56,554 nt of DNA from Candidatus Nomurabacteria bacterium RIFCSPLOWO2_01_FULL_33_24 (GTDB lineage Bacteria; Patescibacteriota; Minisyncoccia; Phycocordibacterales; MFUP01), in assembly GCA_001785735.1 (NCBI GenBank), contig MFUP01000014.1, positions 1-56,554 of the forward strand, read 5' to 3'. The translations under genes were made by a program, and so were the position numbers. How positions within the stretch are numbered: position 1 is the stretch's first letter; the number at the start of each line of letters is the position of its first letter. Positions 12,701 to 19,612 of this stretch are shown piece by piece. The notes beneath the pieces were generated by a model. It did not search any database. It had not been told where the DNA came from and saw nothing but the letters and a program-made list of their open reading frames with translations.

Positions 12701-14430
12701 GTTGGATTATTTTCAATTCTTTCTTTTATATCATCAGTTGTTCCATAGGAAGAATTTTTCCAAGTTGTATTAATGGTTTCTGTCCCAATTGTTATTCCAA
12801 AATTTGATGGAAGCCAATGTCCAGCATTCCCCCGGACAGCAATTAATGCCAAATCCGTAGTATTAGAACCAGAACTCAAAAGCGAACCGGTTGATTCTCC
12901 TGTTTCAAAAATAGGATCCCCTACTATGGAAAATGATGTGGAATTTGTTGGAATTTTTGGAATAATGGAAACAGTGGTCGCTGGTTTGAATATATTTGCG
13001 GCTGCTCCTAACCAAGAATCATAATAACGAGCATAAATAATTAAATCACTACCCTGAGTTTCAGCAAAATATAATGTCTTCAAGGAACCACTATTAATCT
13101 TATTAGCTAAATCAATAACTACATTATTTATATTATTATTGTTAGTTGAAGAGATTGATACTCCGCTTAGAGAAAGATTAAAGGTACTTTTTTCGGGATT
13201 AAGGAGATCAATTGGAGCAAAAAAAGTTATTTTCTGTTTTAAGTTTGTTGGGGAAACAATTGCTGTCGCGCCCCCATTGGTGCTCATAGTTACTTGAATA
13301 TCAACATTTGGATAAAAAGAGGATAAAATTATATCTCCCCTAATTGAAGAAGCGCAAACATAACTAGGACACCACACATCATTAACTTGCTTAGCTAAAG
13401 ATTTAGCCGCGTCATTCGCCGATAAGGCCGGGTTATTAGAAGAAAGAGGGGCCTTATATATCCAAGGATTGGAACCACCATAAAAATCATAAAGATATTT
13501 CCAAAGTTCCAAGGAAAAATAACCAGTACCGTCAAGTTCAACTTTTGTAGTGATTCTCCGGCCAGACGAACTTCGTCTATTCCCGGGATTTGGCCAATCA
13601 GCTTGAGCCGTACAAGCATCATAATTTGATTGTTTAGCAAGATCCCTCCCCCTCCAATTAAGAACAGCTTGATTCCCAGTTTCAACAACAACAACATTTG
13701 CTGGGCCAAAAGGAGGAGGAAGAAGATTCTGATCTTTCTCTATCGTAAGATCTAAAAAAGGTATTCTGAGTTTGGCTTTTACTCCCTGACTTCCGCTAAA
13801 AAAATTAATCCACCCAAAAACATTTGATCCCCAGGCATTCCCGATAAAAGAATTTTCATTTGTTGAGCTTCCTGAATTTTTATAAATATGTTTATAAGTA
13901 ACCCCGCCATTACCAGTTCCATCAGGAGAAGAATGATTAGCTCCCGAAAGTTCAATCCAACCATCCCAGCCACCAAGTTTGGCTCCTGTTAAACTTTCAG
14001 TAGCCCCGCTACAACCAGTTAAATAGACTTTGCAAGCCCGAATCCAACCAGTTACTTTCCCAAAATTGACATTATTTATTGGAGGAGTTAATTCAACTTT
14101 AGCCTTGCAATCATTAGGATCAGTTGGTTGATCAGGACAAATATCCACAGAAAAATCTGGATTAAAATTAATCCAACCAATATTATCTGACCAAGCCATT
14201 CCAGAGAGTTCCCCTGTCATATCGTCCATGGCCACTTCCCATCCGGAACCAACACAAGAAGAATCATTTAAACAAGAAAAACTGATCCAACCGATATTAT
14301 CAGACCAAGCATAACCTCTTAGGGTTCCATACGCCCCGGCCGCCAAGGTTTGATTAGTAAAAAGAGAAAAACCAAAAATAAACAAAAAAATAAAAATGAC
14401 TAAATATGAGATTATATACTTTTTACTCAT
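724..14430 (-). CDS. Giant (~4568 aa) secreted surface protein/adhesin-like, repeated Ig-like modules with nested insert domains
   Basis: Single 13.7-kb ORF. Start reassigned to MSKKYIISYL (14430), which gives a clean signal peptide (..TNQTLA|A) and an ATGA overlap with the upstream stop. Three GxAW(S/G)xNxxGWIxF motifs are followed by repeated 'LxW...SC...W...YxLxC...VTVLP' modules. Confidence 0.9.
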   Translation of the reverse strand: MSKKYIISYLVIFIFLFIFGFSLFTNQTLAAGAYGTLRGYAWSDNIGWISFSCLNDSSCVGSGWEVAMDDMTGELSGMAWSDNIGWINFNPDFSVDICPDQPTDPNDCKAKVELTPPINNVNFGKVTGWIRACKVYLTGCSGATESLTGAKLGGWDGWIELSGANHSSPDGTGNGGVTYKHIYKNSGSSTNENSFIGNAWGSNVFGWINFFSGSQGVKAKLRIPFLDLTIEKDQNLLPPPFGPANVVVVETGNQAVLNWRGRDLAKQSNYDACTAQADWPNPGNRRSSSGRRITTKVELDGTGYFSLELWKYLYDFYGGSNPWIYKAPLSSNNPALSANDAAKSLAKQVNDVWCPSYVCASSIRGDIILSSFYPNVDIQVTMSTNGGATAIVSPTNLKQKITFFAPIDLLNPEKSTFNLSLSGVSISSTNNNNINNVVIDLANKINSGSLKTLYFAETQGSDLIIYARYYDSWLGAAANIFKPATTVSIIPKIPTNSTSFSIVGDPIFETGESTGSLLSSGSNTTDLALIAVRGNAGHWLPSNFGITIGTETINTTWKNSSYGTTDDIKERIENNPTLNSLVEVKHLYDEILGISIILIETKTGNSFTVSNSTTGDAGEMDVISTVRKYTLSCPTLGSISSISRTVYAGVLDYVFSLGLKAESDDPYAYPSGKTTDLTVPSGAEAILTWDSDDDSLICESASSGVGSDWAGGNIGLGLGTSRNPYSPNPAIVLSQEVTLTGTSGTFNLNIIPTDTTLNSISVSENYDTNLSTTADNLAQAINSAGVSAIKATAHNGSNLSSKVFIDSSGSTSFTVSISGTGNMSLGKTEGETTGILINDGTATSTEKAILTVSGGTSGSSDKFGLKIDGNPIGPIFAQSSPESTAQMLVSYISSYIDNYASGMTVSREPGTSEIIIISTTPFTITDEGTEKDVNSNSPPNIEIGYTIVKKYTLICTNVDNNIFTETATITILPEPTSDLTARTKNTGGGFLPAVSVVSGADYSVLPDWMGGDDWGRLKWWGHNVDYSSCQAENSYTENSFQGREWDWSDPSYHGHKGSLTPVAGKQGIGTLKEVKIKLVSGIIGNNFNIRINDQSIIQLFDTSLKITADKLKDKINNIATNGEAFFVTASIDPTDADGKTIIITSSSTGSLFNIGDDGSSGTTQIIPTEAVNDGSLIFTTAATAILSGSNIGGEFKIKIKGITKSVTLGSTYPTLAQVATELARLITADIAGVSATAVDEIITIKSNSDIYDDTNSFNIDALDTSGGDAFISVESITTRLATITINGTSGTVVVEINGITSSVPWNTDKNTTAQDLAEKINEDNSGSAPSVSNSTFVSSVGATAEQNVVIINSFKTEIKKDILPLSGADISISSISAREKKIFLDKTSNLVTGSFKASLNKLSFTSPSPVSETINTKTLHQEAHNLGSNLTQSHSDVDFSSKYNVITLTSEINNSDAPLFEIIDGGSTVGAITIGTTVHSYQLSCEGISSTNFSTEDYSYVTILPAGKRINPSLTFTVERDPNPPASASDITINSGEIAKLVWSTTDMTSCDASGDWSNAINTSGFQLTSPLINNGIATDTEKAILTFSGYDSTFEITINNIYSVIKSSSTTADLAVDAMVLYINADPVLSPIVLASKDPLNPYVMILESVSGPFSVTDFNTSDAYRDGNIDIALVDTYEYILTCHDAGGNDYPESVTVTVLPKPSVSLIVDDPFSASPSTAVVYDGDDVILKWWAHNVKYNQCYGANNYGSFSDWWFNGFPSFHATKPPLDPSGIGTQATFQLENDGLTANTTVASATLSGTAGTFEIKINSQPINVSATGDLTADALSLKNEIDSLAITGLTTTQNGPVITLSSSTLFNIDSSSTSGGNAHIMIESIATKLGSITVNNSINLAFYGAIINGTPISVAFSPALSEGKIAKNLAIAINTNTSVNKKVIAHREGTTVIITALSVVGHIDFGPNNPATTTVSSLSDPTTRTKTITFTGGSSGDTFKVEINGSSYSYPLGPGETATEAALEIFNLISIAGTTTTLDGNKITITLNASNNSNTASAFTLTKSSTMTGDVTVGTKVREYNLNCLGVDGTTAYEEAYVTVLPIGIEPQTGITLTVESDNPNTQPSPSPAAYSDIIIPSGAEIDLEWVATDIDPGSCLASGDWTTTGSKADSGSETEGPLINDGTATDTEKAILTVEPSTTGGEYKIIFGIGGTDYTTNLVTSSFDKKVDTGFIVIEINNLGIPNLIASQPDPSAPLIEIISSSPFTIRQAVDSTGIANLAIALVKTFEYELSCNDSSGTPITPSEKVIVNVLPEADNDLSVKKSSDLVYRKAEAVSDGETIDIQWWAHNVNYDTCWAKNNYDARNTPPGDWQWTSAGFHATQPLLSPPGPGGNLNVPVENTGDGGLIKSDMNIMSVALSKSTGATGTFKLTVDFSNNFSVLSSVPDPIAELSDAIDSHSQYSASVSGSQIIIRKDSGNFLNVLDNSSGDVKLIIQPVQTQLGSVVVNSGTAGVEINGTVITGSDTSTLATNINNNSSVNQEVVATVVDGEIIISSLRIVDKSSLSNKITINPISSSRARKVTITNSLTNGSQKYGIEINGISISSLSWQTPILPFSDYAQDLANKINNDNSLNKYFTAKAEGADIYITLNSIDTNYNGSYFKLQKDITTSGDFVVGTVVHEYDLYCGGVPNSDSEVFDSAFVSVFPTGVEIGSSSGIFTVESDNPNTQPSPSPVAYPDIIIPSGAEALLKWSMGDMTSCQASGDWAAPMGTGPRGISSTFQRDIIFSGSGQFRIKINLPGQGYVTKSFASSAQAAHAFASDWDSLPNINAIANGEIVTLSGMGITPDVLTSTPTRVNLNDPWTEGESTGILINNGTQTVTKKAILTLSGNSGNYFGVIIEGTAVEVPFNNNFTDSYTALINKINDTFPGYITAVSTGTNTIEVSSSSSWFTITEKRPNPNPGSYYGYEGTIGGNLIINIALVDTYEYILTCQDVAGNNYPESVTVTVLPEPEVGLTVEGTITNVGPSSVVSISPNSAGERVRLKWWGNNVKYDTNNCRARNNDGDSNWIWQGPGYHATKVLPPFGLGAGSAETNNFLKNNGAGTSSVQLATVTIDDIGGTYEIEIDGSPISASESTKSAIANALRDAINSDPIVSELVTAISKNNVVIINSFPTKDTTSSSINSISVSTIDAYTKMLTLSGNATGSGDTWGIEVNGITKYQNPSDPSNLVNDASGLSTKLNTIPGIIAIPNGKTIKVNLESVATQAGTFDITTSSPKLTLGTVVKAYEVQCEGVPGTGGMIDKKEVYVTVLPEEEDTSGITFDVKSDDPDTKPSPNTPTDSIVIPSGAEAELTWEATDMSSCLATGNWSGNKNPLGGQETQGPLINDGTQAYTKKAIVTLSGGIEGIDLGTNDQFWLVINGNHFGPFLASGDTDSDAELIALFINDIQTTVPNLTATAFGSKIVITSPTPFSITDGADNFELNNGFYTDSYNPANMTIALIDTYKYILTCDGTPKEVTVDVLPDPYVNLTVEKTPSGPDTLINVPSGSEVDIRWWGGNVDYSTCVSTNNYGSSSDWNWTDPSWHATQNPLHPGPGLNTTGVLNNSGTIASNTLSASAQLYGTSGTFHLKINSNTYDKTVNNNLTLSASNLVSLINSNSGTTGINAISSGNIITVYSNSQFTIEDMTNNIVYGDNAKIIIQSSYTNLAGVVLSGNSGTFGLAINNNPISTPLIVPLSNSAINLANEINDPNNNVSNEVVAMAKNETVLINSFPVKDLSRDSMGFPTFRSTFSPTNSIFSRIITLTENSIFGGRFKVELNGATIDSVTYSGDLVADAETLTNEINYKKYSSGVTAVWNGNNTITITLDIKNTNNSKFIITNYGTTGDVQTLIGTKVFVYQTSCQGVSGLATEATEKTADQKAYVNVLPPTVPIVDIRADGKNSLSLPATGGLIKLTWKTRNIVSGSCVASVVPSNAGIPMWYNGQSLSDNAPTPGSGLAFVGINLTQSATFTITCDDEFGGTVNDSVPVLLGANIDIKAKNTEATDPLPAGNYYDDITVPSAPGADAVLEWTGSDTKPGSCSALGVDWNYSLLVDPTGRETILQTDLVNTNTNNTSVVKEYDIECLRNDPNADTLISKIIFETGGTIDYEITINGILITKRKGFWTSISTIVAEITDDINSHPDNSPNGIFNITAVVDPRDSTNRTIILWSETTGFKIITSSSPDNKIRNENIVADTTTITILPPEDVCPNIPNIQLVVPLGFNLVDGNCLPDPGPDWCPNILGTQNSLPAGMTINSDGDCIYMSGYCSDPLATNTGSPLPCEYNPEGNLYLQALSGLTPAPFNPASLKYETGLRWGTNTFAPGDLNSCLAYSFDNSFIPRISALLPSSDISNYSGKITTANWDPAGTGTAIAIPNTSNSPLGPVLEVETPENPTVYVIDCLDSSNNHFFDTEVVSQQILTPTVNLTYSNFIPDPANVPPQDMIPGTVDLRWSGNNLLANSCNATSSFGAPVWNTDTNFATSGTKTSVIVSPYPGPVTLTITCQSEIDPSVYVSDSVILTNNSPINPLPEIIFEEI
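5428..5520. repeat. Intragenic direct repeat copy 1 (copy 2 at 9328-9420)
   Basis: 93 bp with about 11 mismatches and an offset of 3900 bp; encodes IALVDTYEYILTCxDxxGNxYPESVTVTV. Confidence 0.85.
6211..6291. repeat. Intragenic direct repeat copy 1 (copy 2 at 8026-8106)
   Basis: 81 bp with 4 mismatches; encodes VESDNPNTQPSPSPxAYxDIIIPSGAE. Confidence 0.9.
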
Positions 14431-14732
14431 TGAGATAAGCTGTCTAAAATTTCTTGTTTTTGTTCTAAAGAATAGGTGTCTTCTGATGGGAATTCTTCCA
14501 TTATTTTTATCATTTCTTTTTCGGACAATTCTCTTTGATCCAAAAAACGATTGAAGCCAATGAGAGCCATAACTATTAAAATAACAAGAATAGTAATTAA
14601 AAAAAACTTCCATTTATTTTTTGGGGTTTTTGAAATGATAGCAACTGGTTTTTCAGAATAAGAATAAGAATCTGTTTTTTTGTTTTGATTTTGAAGACTA
14701 AAATCTTGAAATTGATTTTTATTTTCTTCCAT
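14427..14732 (-). CDS. Small single-pass membrane protein, translationally coupled to the giant gene
   Basis: 101 aa with one TM segment (FFLITILVILIVMALIGF). The stop overlaps the next start (ATGA). TGGTATAAT lies upstream. Confidence 0.8.
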   Translation of the reverse strand: MEENKNQFQDFSLQNQNKKTDSYSYSEKPVAIISKTPKNKWKFFLITILVILIVMALIGFNRFLDQRELSEKEMIKIMEEFPSEDTYSLEQKQEILDSLSQ

Positions 14733-14822
14733 AAATATGCCACTATTATACCACCAAGAGTATTTAAAAACAAAAGATAATAATTAAAATATTAATGTGG
14801 ATAAAACAGCGACTAAATAAGA

Positions 14823-14851
14823 TTGACTTTTTTATTAGAACAACTTAATAT
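14823..14851 (+). promoter_or_regulatory. Sigma70 promoter of nusA
   Basis: TTGACT-N17-TAATAT. Confidence 0.55.
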
Positions 14852-14859
14852 TAAGTAAT

Positions 14860-14889
14860 AAGTCCGTCTCGAAACGGACTTTCGTTTTT
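14860..14889 (+). terminator. Leader hairpin/attenuator upstream of nusA
   Basis: AAGTCCGT-CTCGAA-ACGGACTT followed by TCGTTTTT, between the promoter and the start codon. Confidence 0.55.
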
Positions 14890-14914
14890 ATAAAGTTAGT
14901 TTAAAATAAATTAT

Positions 14915-16144
14915 ATGTTGGACTTAAAAGTAATGAGATCGGCGTTGGAACAATTAGAAGAAGAAAGAAAAATTCCCAAAGAAAAAATAATTGAAGCAAT
15001 AGAACAAGCTTTGGCGGCTGCCTATAAAAAGGATTATGGAAAAAAAGATCAAATTATTAGAGCTCATTTTGATCTTGATACTGGAAAAACTGATTTTTAC
15101 CAAGTAAAAATTGTTGTTGATGAATCAACCACCAGAATAGAAGAAGATAACGACTCGGAAGAAGAGGAGACAGGGATTGACGAAATGAATGAAGATAAAA
15201 AAAGAGCAAGATATAATACAGAGAGACATATTCTCTTAGCAGATGCAAAGAAAATTAAAAGTGGTATTAAATTAGATGATGAAATAACTTTTCCCCTAGA
15301 AGCTAAGGATGATTATGGGAGAATTGCTGCCCAAACAGCTAAACAAGTTATTATTCAACGTATTCGGGAAGCCGAAAGAAGTTCCATTATTAGCGAATAT
15401 GGGGAAAAAGAAGAAGAAATTGTTAGCGGAATTGTTCAAAAAATTGAAAGGGGGAATGTTTTTGTTGATTTTAATCGAGTGACAGGAATTCTTCCCTACA
15501 ACGAACAAATTCCTGGGGAACATTATCGCCAAGGACAAAGAGTTAGAGCTTTTCTTTATTCAGTTGAAGAAACTCCTAGAGGAATTAATTTAAAATTATC
15601 CAGAACCCACCCCAGATTCTTGGAAAAATTATTTGAAATGGAAGTTCCAGAAATTGCTAATAATGTCGTTGAAATAAAAAGTATTGCCCGAGAAGCTGGT
15701 TCTCGTTCTAAAATAGCTGTTATGTCTAATGACGAACAAATTGATCCTGTTGGGTCTTGTGTTGGCCAAAAAGGAATTAGAGTAACAACTGTTATGGGTG
15801 AGTTAGGGGGAGAAAAAATTGATATTATTGAATGGTCTGAAGATCCAGCTGAATTTGTAATTAGCGCTCTTTCTCCTGCTAAAATTCTTGATATTAACAT
15901 TGAAGAAAAAGAAAGAAAAGCAATTATTGAGGTAGCTGAGGATCAACTTTCTTTAGCTATTGGAAAAGGTGGACAAAATGTCCGTCTGGCGGCTAAATTA
16001 ACTGGGTGGCGAATTGATATTCGTGGAGTGGAAGGGGAAAAAGTTACCTCTTCAGAGGAAGAACTTAATGGGGAAGAAATTTCCAAGATGGAGGAAATCT
16101 CGACTTCCGATAATGAAAATAAGGAAATTAAGAAAAAAGAATAA
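14915..16144 (+). CDS. nusA: Transcription termination factor NusA
   Basis: GRIAAQTAKQVI motif, S1 domain, AREAGSRSKIAV, DPVGSCVG, SLAIGKGGQNVRLAAKLTGWRIDI. Confidence 0.98.
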   Translation: MLDLKVMRSALEQLEEERKIPKEKIIEAIEQALAAAYKKDYGKKDQIIRAHFDLDTGKTDFYQVKIVVDESTTRIEEDNDSEEEETGIDEMNEDKKRARYNTERHILLADAKKIKSGIKLDDEITFPLEAKDDYGRIAAQTAKQVIIQRIREAERSSIISEYGEKEEEIVSGIVQKIERGNVFVDFNRVTGILPYNEQIPGEHYRQGQRVRAFLYSVEETPRGINLKLSRTHPRFLEKLFEMEVPEIANNVVEIKSIAREAGSRSKIAVMSNDEQIDPVGSCVGQKGIRVTTVMGELGGEKIDIIEWSEDPAEFVISALSPAKILDINIEEKERKAIIEVAEDQLSLAIGKGGQNVRLAAKLTGWRIDIRGVEGEKVTSSEEELNGEEISKMEEISTSDNENKEIKKKE

Positions 16145-16179
16145 CAAATAATTATTAATTAATTTTACATAAATAAAAT

Positions 16180-18165
16180 ATGATTAACACATTTATTTTG
16201 GCTAGCGCAATATTAGCAATTGTTTATGGAATCGGATTGATTGGAAAAATTATGAAGCTTCCTGATGGAAACAACCGAATGAGAGAAATTGCTAAGGCTA
16301 TTCAGGAAGGAGCTAAGGCTTATCTTAATAGACAATATAAAACAATTGCCTTAGTGGCGATTATTCTTTTCATTATTATTGGTTTTGTTCCTTCTTTGGG
16401 ATGGATAACGGCTATTGGGTTTTTAATTGGAGCAATTTTGTCTGGGTTAGCGGGGTATATTGGCATGAATGTTTCTGTTAGAGCTAATGTTAGAACAGCT
16501 GAAGCTGCTCGGGGAGGAATAAAAAAAGCTTTAACAGTTGCTATTAATGGTGGAACTGTCACAGGAATGTTAGTAGTGGGATTAGCTCTTTTGGGAACCG
16601 CCAGTTTTTATCTGATAACAAAAGACTTAAATGCTTTGATTGGGTTAGCTTTTGGAGGATCTTTAATTTCTATTTTTGCTCGATTGGGTGGGGGTATTTT
16701 TACCAAAGCAGCTGATGTGGGAGCTGATCTGGTTGGAAAGGTTGAGGCTGGTATCCCAGAAGATGATCCTCGTAATCCGGCTGTCATTGCTGATAATGTT
16801 GGTGATAATGTTGGTGATTGCGCCGGGATGGCGGCTGATTTATTTGAAACCTATGCTGTTACTTCTATTGCTGGGATGGTTTTGGGTGGGTTATTAATTT
16901 CTGGTTTTGAGAATGCCATTATTTATCCTCTTGTTCTCGGAGCAGTTTCCATTCTAGCTTCTATTGTTGGATCTTTTTTTATTAGATTAGGAAAAAAGAA
17001 AAATATAATGGGAGCTCTTTATAAAGGATTGATTGCTTCTGGAATTTTGGCTGCTATTGGTTTTTATCCTGTCACTAATTTTATAATGTCTGGAAACGGA
17101 CAATTTAATGTTGTTAAAATTTATTTGGCTTCTTTGGTTGGTTTGGTTATTACTGCTCTTATGGTAATTATTACTGAATACTATACTTCAACTAAATATA
17201 AACCTGTTAGAGATATTGCCAAGTCTTCAGAAACAGGGCCTGGTACTAATATTATTACCGGCTTAGCTGTTTCTATGAAATCAACTGCTTGGCCAATTAT
17301 TGTTATTGTCGCTGGAATTTTAGGAGCTTATGCCTTGGCAGATCTTTATGGAATAGCTATTGCCGCCGTTTCTATGCTTTCTATGGCTGGAATGATTATC
17401 GCTATTGATTCTTATGGACCAATTACTGATAATGCTGGGGGAATTGCCGAAATGGCCGAGATGGGAGAAAATGTTCGGGCAGTAACGGATCCTTTAGACG
17501 CAGTTGGAAATACTACTAAAGCAGTCACTAAGGGATATGCTATTAGTTCTGCTGCTCTAGCCGCCTTAGTTTTATTTGCTGATTTTACTCATACTATTAA
17601 TGTAGATCTTCATTTTTCCATTAATAATCCTTATGTCTTGGCTGGTTTATTTATTGGTGGTTTACTCCCTTATTTGTTTGGGGCCATGGCTATGCAGGCC
17701 GTTGGTAAAACTGCCGGAGAAGTAGTAAAAGATGTCAGAAAACAATTTCAAGAAAAACCAGGGATTATGCAAGGAACGGAAAAACCAGATTATGGACGAA
17801 CAGTTGATATGGTTACTAGAGCTGGAATAAAAGAAATGATTATTCCTGCCTTAATCCCGGTTGTTGTGCCAATCGTAGTTGGGTTTGCTTTGGGGGTGGA
17901 AGCTTTGGGAGGATTATTGGTTGGAGCAATTATTACTGGAATCTTTGTCGCTATTTCTATGACTTCTGGTGGTGGAGCTTGGGATAATGCTAAAAAATAT
18001 ATTGAGGATGGAAACCATGGGGGAAAAGGTTCTGAGGCTCATAAAGCCGCCGTGACCGGTGATACAGTTGGTGATCCCTATAAAGATACCGCTGGTCCAG
18101 CCATAAATCCAATGATCAAAATTCTTAATATTGTTGCTTTATTAATAGTTGCGATGTTGCTATAA
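16180..18165 (+). CDS. hppA: Membrane-bound H+-translocating pyrophosphatase (K+-independent signature)
   Basis: [46 protein letters not shown]; many TM helices. Confidence 0.95.
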   Translation: MINTFILASAILAIVYGIGLIGKIMKLPDGNNRMREIAKAIQEGAKAYLNRQYKTIALVAIILFIIIGFVPSLGWITAIGFLIGAILSGLAGYIGMNVSVRANVRTAEAARGGIKKALTVAINGGTVTGMLVVGLALLGTASFYLITKDLNALIGLAFGGSLISIFARLGGGIFTKAADVGADLVGKVEAGIPEDDPRNPAVIADNVGDNVGDCAGMAADLFETYAVTSIAGMVLGGLLISGFENAIIYPLVLGAVSILASIVGSFFIRLGKKKNIMGALYKGLIASGILAAIGFYPVTNFIMSGNGQFNVVKIYLASLVGLVITALMVIITEYYTSTKYKPVRDIAKSSETGPGTNIITGLAVSMKSTAWPIIVIVAGILGAYALADLYGIAIAAVSMLSMAGMIIAIDSYGPITDNAGGIAEMAEMGENVRAVTDPLDAVGNTTKAVTKGYAISSAALAALVLFADFTHTINVDLHFSINNPYVLAGLFIGGLLPYLFGAMAMQAVGKTAGEVVKDVRKQFQEKPGIMQGTEKPDYGRTVDMVTRAGIKEMIIPALIPVVVPIVVGFALGVEALGGLLVGAIITGIFVAISMTSGGGAWDNAKKYIEDGNHGGKGSEAHKAAVTGDTVGDPYKDTAGPAINPMIKILNIVALLIVAMLL

Positions 18166-18244
18166 TTAAAATATTAATAAATAACTTGTCCTGAGATTTT
18201 TATGGTGAGTTTACTAAATCAGTCGAAAGGATAAATATAATATC

Positions 18245-18586
18245 ATGAATGAAAATATAAATACTGGGGAACAAAATAGTCCTAATAATGAAATATTCAC
18301 AAAATCAAGAAATAAAAAAAATGGGTCCCCAATAGGAATAATTATTATTGTCATAATTTTAGTGATTGGTGGTTTCTTTTTATTAAAAGATGAAAATGAA
18401 AAAAATATTCCTAAAAATGAAGAAGCGATTGTTGATCAAGTTGAAGAAATTAGTACTCAAACAATTGATAATGAATTAACTGCCTTGGAAGATGAATTGA
18501 ATCTTGATGCTGAACTTCAAGTTATTGAGGATGATTTAAGTGATTTAAATAACATTAATCTAGATAATTTAGATTTGGGACTATAA
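18245..18586 (+). CDS. Small single-pass membrane protein with acidic tail
   Basis: 113 aa; TM segment IGIIIIVIILVIGGFFLL; D/E/L-rich C-terminus. Confidence 0.75.
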   Translation: MNENINTGEQNSPNNEIFTKSRNKKNGSPIGIIIIVIILVIGGFFLLKDENEKNIPKNEEAIVDQVEEISTQTIDNELTALEDELNLDAELQVIEDDLSDLNNINLDNLDLGL

Positions 18587-18595
18587 AAGATTGAT

Positions 18596-18640
18596 TGACA
18601 CTTAAAAAGAGTTCTTAAAAAGAACTCTTTTTAAGTGTCA
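18596..18640. terminator. Perfect 20-bp inverted repeat (terminator-like hairpin)
   Basis: TGACACTTAAAAAGAGTTCT-TAAAA-AGAACTCTTTTTAAGTGTCA. Confidence 0.7.
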
Positions 18641-18662
18641 CAAAATAAGTATAATAATCGTT
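18636..18662 (+). promoter_or_regulatory. Putative ECF-sigma-dependent autoregulatory promoter
   Basis: TGTCACA-N16-CGTT immediately upstream of the ECF sigma gene; resembles the ECF41-type TGTCACA-N16-CGTC consensus. Confidence 0.55.
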
Positions 18663-18671
18663 ATCTATGAA

Positions 18672-19223
18672 ATGAAAGAAGTACCAAGAAAAACCATAAA
18701 AGCTCTTTTTGAGGATGCTAGGAATGGGAATCAAAAAGCTTTTGAAATAATATATAAACAGCTTTATACTCCCCTGTTTCGTTTTATTTATTTTCGAATA
18801 AAAGAAGTCGATGAAACCAAAGATTTAACTCAAATAGTCTTTTTAAAAATCTTTAAATCAATAAATAATTTTAAAAATAGGGAAATAAATATTCTTCCTT
18901 ATTTTTTTGCTATTGCTCGTAATACCGTTATTGATTATTGGCGTCAGAAAAAAAATATTTTAATTAAAGAGGAGGAGATGGAAAAACATTTAAACGAAAC
19001 AATTAATCCTTTTCAACAAAAAGAAATAAAAGACGCAGTCCAAGTAGCTATCCAGATTTTACCTGAAAACCAACAAGAAATAATTATTTTAAAATTTATC
19101 AATGAATTAGAAAATAAAGAAATTAGTGCCATAACAAAAAAGTCTGAGGAAACTATCCGCCAACTCCAATCTCGTGGTTTAAAAAAATTAAGAAAATATT
19201 TTGAAGAAAATAATATTTTATGA
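18672..19223 (+). CDS. ECF-family RNA polymerase sigma factor
   Basis: Region 2 (DLTQIVFLKIF..FAIARNTVIDYWR) and region 4 (LPENQQEIIILKF..EISAIT..TIRQLQSRGLKKLR); 183 aa. Confidence 0.93.
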   Translation: MKEVPRKTIKALFEDARNGNQKAFEIIYKQLYTPLFRFIYFRIKEVDETKDLTQIVFLKIFKSINNFKNREINILPYFFAIARNTVIDYWRQKKNILIKEEEMEKHLNETINPFQQKEIKDAVQVAIQILPENQQEIIILKFINELENKEISAITKKSEETIRQLQSRGLKKLRKYFEENNIL

Positions 19224-19612
19224 AAGAAAAAAGAATAATTGAATTACTGACTCAAGCCAAAAACCAAATTGTTCCGGAAAAAGTTTGGCTCAATCAAATT
19301 TTAGATTCCGATTTTAAGAAAAAAGAAGGTCGATTTTTTATCAATATTAACAATTTAATTGATCAGATTAGATTTAAATTTATTTTGCCAACCGGGGTTG
19401 CTTTAGTTGCTTTAGTATTAATCTTTTTCAATATTCAAGTTGAGGTGAGAATAGCCAGACAGGCTGACGCTTTAACTTCAGAATTAATAGAGACAATCAT
19501 TTTAGATGATAATTATTTCCAACAAATTGAAGAAGAGGATCTAATAATGGCCACCGGCAATAGCGAGGATTTACATTCTTTTGATCAATTTTATGATGAA
19601 AATGATATTTAA
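19220..19612 (+). CDS. Single-pass membrane protein, putative anti-sigma factor
   Basis: ATGA overlap with the ECF sigma gene; cytoplasmic N-terminus, one TM segment, acidic external tail. Function inferred from synteny. Confidence 0.6.
   Translation: MKEKRIIELLTQAKNQIVPEKVWLNQILDSDFKKKEGRFFININNLIDQIRFKFILPTGVALVALVLIFFNIQVEVRIARQADALTSELIETIILDDNYFQQIEEEDLIMATGNSEDLHSFDQFYDENDI

Noticed and set aside
293..13976. Numerous 60-170-aa ORFs antisense to or out of frame within the first two minus-strand genes
   Set aside because: Shadow ORFs of long coding sequences, with no motifs or independent expression signals.
14431..14613. 61-aa N-terminal extension of the giant ORF in the track
   Set aside because: It overlaps the upstream membrane-protein gene; the ATG at 14430 gives a proper signal peptide and ATGA coupling.
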